Below are positions 62,482 through 64,000 of a stretch of 64,000 nucleotides of DNA, piece by piece (position 1 is the stretch's first letter; each line of letters starts with the position of its first letter). The translations under genes and the position numbers were made by a program. The stretch comes from Limisphaerales bacterium. GTDB taxonomy: Bacteria; Verrucomicrobiota; Verrucomicrobiia; Limisphaerales; JAJOIW01. The notes beneath the pieces are model-generated. The model made no database searches. It worked only from the letters and a program-made list of their open reading frames with translations, and was not told the DNA's origin. The DNA lies in contig CBFHOE010000009.1 in the NCBI GenBank assembly GCA_965657355.1, positions 164,076 through 228,075 of the forward strand. Reading direction: 5' to 3'.

Positions 62482-63228
62482 ATGAATGAAATAGCAACTT
62501 ATGATGGAGGTTTATCCATACAAGCAATCACCCAATATCTATTTTGGATCGGCACGGTGGCCATGGGAAGCGCAACCGTTTTTTTCTTTCTGGAAAGATC
62601 AAATGTCGCTTCGAGGTATAGGAGCTCGATGACAGTAGCCGGACTAGTCACAGGAGTGGCTTGTTTCCACTACTACCGGATGGCCGGCATATACGCAGCG
62701 GGGGATTTCCCTACTGCCTACAGATATATTGACTGGATAATCACAACTCCACTGATGTTAATAAAATTCCCATTACTTCTGGGAATTGCTAAGGGAGCCA
62801 AAAAGTTTCTCACGCCGCTGATAACGTTAGACATAGCGATGATCGTCACTGCTTATGTTGCCGAGGTGTCGCCGATAGGTGGGATGAGCTGGTGGACATT
62901 TTTCATAGCGGCGTGTTTATTTGAGGCAGGGATTGTTTTCCTCCTGTTCGTCAAAATGGGCAAATCCATACAAGAATCACCCGCACCAATTGCAAAGTCA
63001 TTAAAATTAATGAGGAACTTCATCTTTATTGGATGGATTATCTATCCTGTCGGATTTTTGATGGCACTTGCAGGATCAACCGGAGGTGATTTTAGAGAAA
63101 TTTTCTACAATATTGCTGATGTCATCAACAAAGTTGGATTTGGTCTAGTAGCCTACTACGGAATAAAACAAATCAGTAGCCAGGAAACAAAAACTGGGTC
63201 CTCCGAAGCTGATGTAGTTCAAGCTTAA
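62482..63228 (+). CDS. Microbial rhodopsin, Exiguobacterium-rhodopsin-like DTK proton pump
   Basis: Seven TM helices; H63 in CFHYY; RYIDWIITTPLMLIKFP (D84, T88, K95); GWIIYPVG; YNIADVINKVGFG (D213, retinal Lys217). Confidence 0.95.
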   Translation: MNEIATYDGGLSIQAITQYLFWIGTVAMGSATVFFFLERSNVASRYRSSMTVAGLVTGVACFHYYRMAGIYAAGDFPTAYRYIDWIITTPLMLIKFPLLLGIAKGAKKFLTPLITLDIAMIVTAYVAEVSPIGGMSWWTFFIAACLFEAGIVFLLFVKMGKSIQESPAPIAKSLKLMRNFIFIGWIIYPVGFLMALAGSTGGDFREIFYNIADVINKVGFGLVAYYGIKQISSQETKTGSSEADVVQA

Positions 63229-63243
63229 AACACCAGGAAAACT

Positions 63244-63268
63244 GGGCTGCTTCGGCAGCCCTTTTTTT
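63244..63268 (+). terminator. Intrinsic terminator between rhodopsin and blh
   Basis: GGGCTGC-TTCG-GCAGCCC followed by T7. Confidence 0.9.
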
Positions 63269-64000
63269 ATGAAAAACGAAAAAAAAGATCTATGGTTGAT
63301 ACCTTGCGCGGTATTTATCCCTTTTATTTTTCTTGGTCTAACTGGGGTTAAAATATCAGGATGGACATCATACATCCCTTTTTTCGTTTCATTCTTTACT
63401 ATCGGTATGGCCCATGGGGCAGCTGATTTACCAAAACTTTTTTGTAACTGTCGATCAAGAAACGGTGCAAAATATATAAAGCATCTGTTGGTATATTCAG
63501 CAATACTGATAACGTCAGTGACTCTTTCGATCGTTTTTGACTACAGGTATCTTATATTTTTCGCATTATTAACCGCATACCATTTTGGAATTTCAGATAA
63601 ATTAGTAAAATTTGGAATACCACTTTGGGACAATTTCTACGGGTTAGCTCGTGGAATCTTCATTGTTAGCTTACCATTTTTTCTCAAACCTTATGAGTCG
63701 TATGAATTTGTTACTACATTGATGAATATCCTAGGCAGCAAAATCGTTATGAATGAAGAGCTTTGGCTATCGTCGAGCATACCAATTATTTTAACTAGTA
63801 TATCGTTGGCGTTTGTCGTAACGATTCTGCGAATAGGTTCTTTTTCTCAACCAGGTTTTTCATCATTGAAAGAAATTTGTGAACTGACTTGTGTATTTCT
63901 GATATTTGAGTTTCACACGCCCGTTTTTGCTGTTGGCATGTATTTTCTCTTTGTTCACAGTCTAAGAGATGTCTTGAAAGAAAGCGTAATCACCTCCTCG
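63269..64000 (+). CDS. blh: Brp/Blh beta-carotene 15,15'-dioxygenase (retinal synthesis); 3'-truncated by window
   Basis: Absent from the ORF track (no stop in window). Hand translation is open from ATG 63269 and shows GMAHGAAD, TAYHFG, MYFLFVHSLR and multiple TM segments. Lies directly after the rhodopsin. Confidence 0.85.
   Translation, partial: MKNEKKDLWLIPCAVFIPFIFLGLTGVKISGWTSYIPFFVSFFTIGMAHGAADLPKLFCNCRSRNGAKYIKHLLVYSAILITSVTLSIVFDYRYLIFFALLTAYHFGISDKLVKFGIPLWDNFYGLARGIFIVSLPFFLKPYESYEFVTTLMNILGSKIVMNEELWLSSSIPIILTSISLAFVVTILRIGSFSQPGFSSLKEICELTCVFLIFEFHTPVFAVGMYFLFVHSLRDVLKESVITSS

Noticed and set aside
62482..63228. Sodium/chloride pump, xenorhodopsin or heliorhodopsin
   Set aside because: The motif is DTK with DxxxK in helix G, not NDQ/NTQ. 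It lacks the xenorhodopsin helix-G Pro and the heliorhodopsin SxxxK signature.
1..64000. CRISPR arrays, tRNA and rRNA genes
   Set aside because: No regularly spaced repeat-spacer units, tRNA cloverleaf signatures or rRNA-like tracts were noticed by eye. A tool-based scan could still find a missed small RNA.

Overview
A 64-kb stretch of a bacterial chromosome, AT-rich overall, with PVC-superphylum hallmarks (most likely a marine Verrucomicrobiota; inferred from gene content). It holds three DUF1592/DUF1588 cytochrome-c + DUF1552 loci, one DUF1549/DUF1553 + DUF1501 pair, two formylglycine sulfatases, a CotH/lamin-tail surface protein, a CE15 esterase, a translationally coupled SSS-DHDPS-amidohydrolase-PL22 uronate operon, a partial phosphonate-associated ADH/DUF5690 pair, and a DEAD-box helicase plus cold-shock protein. 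From about 56.4 kb the window becomes a plasticity zone: a dead IS3, a GC-rich secreted cyclase-fold gene, an attC-like site and gene fragments. It ends in the most notable element, a light-energy module. This comprises an Exiguobacterium-type (DTK motif) rhodopsin with an atypical retinal pocket, a downstream Blh retinal-forming enzyme (truncated by the window end), and a divergent CarH/LitR-like MerR regulator. The regulator lacks the B12-binding motifs, carries a Cys/His-rich C-terminal domain, and faces an array of TTGAACA operator-like repeats with 14-bp periodicity. No rRNA, tRNA or CRISPR array was recognised. All family calls come from motif recognition by eye, not from database searches.
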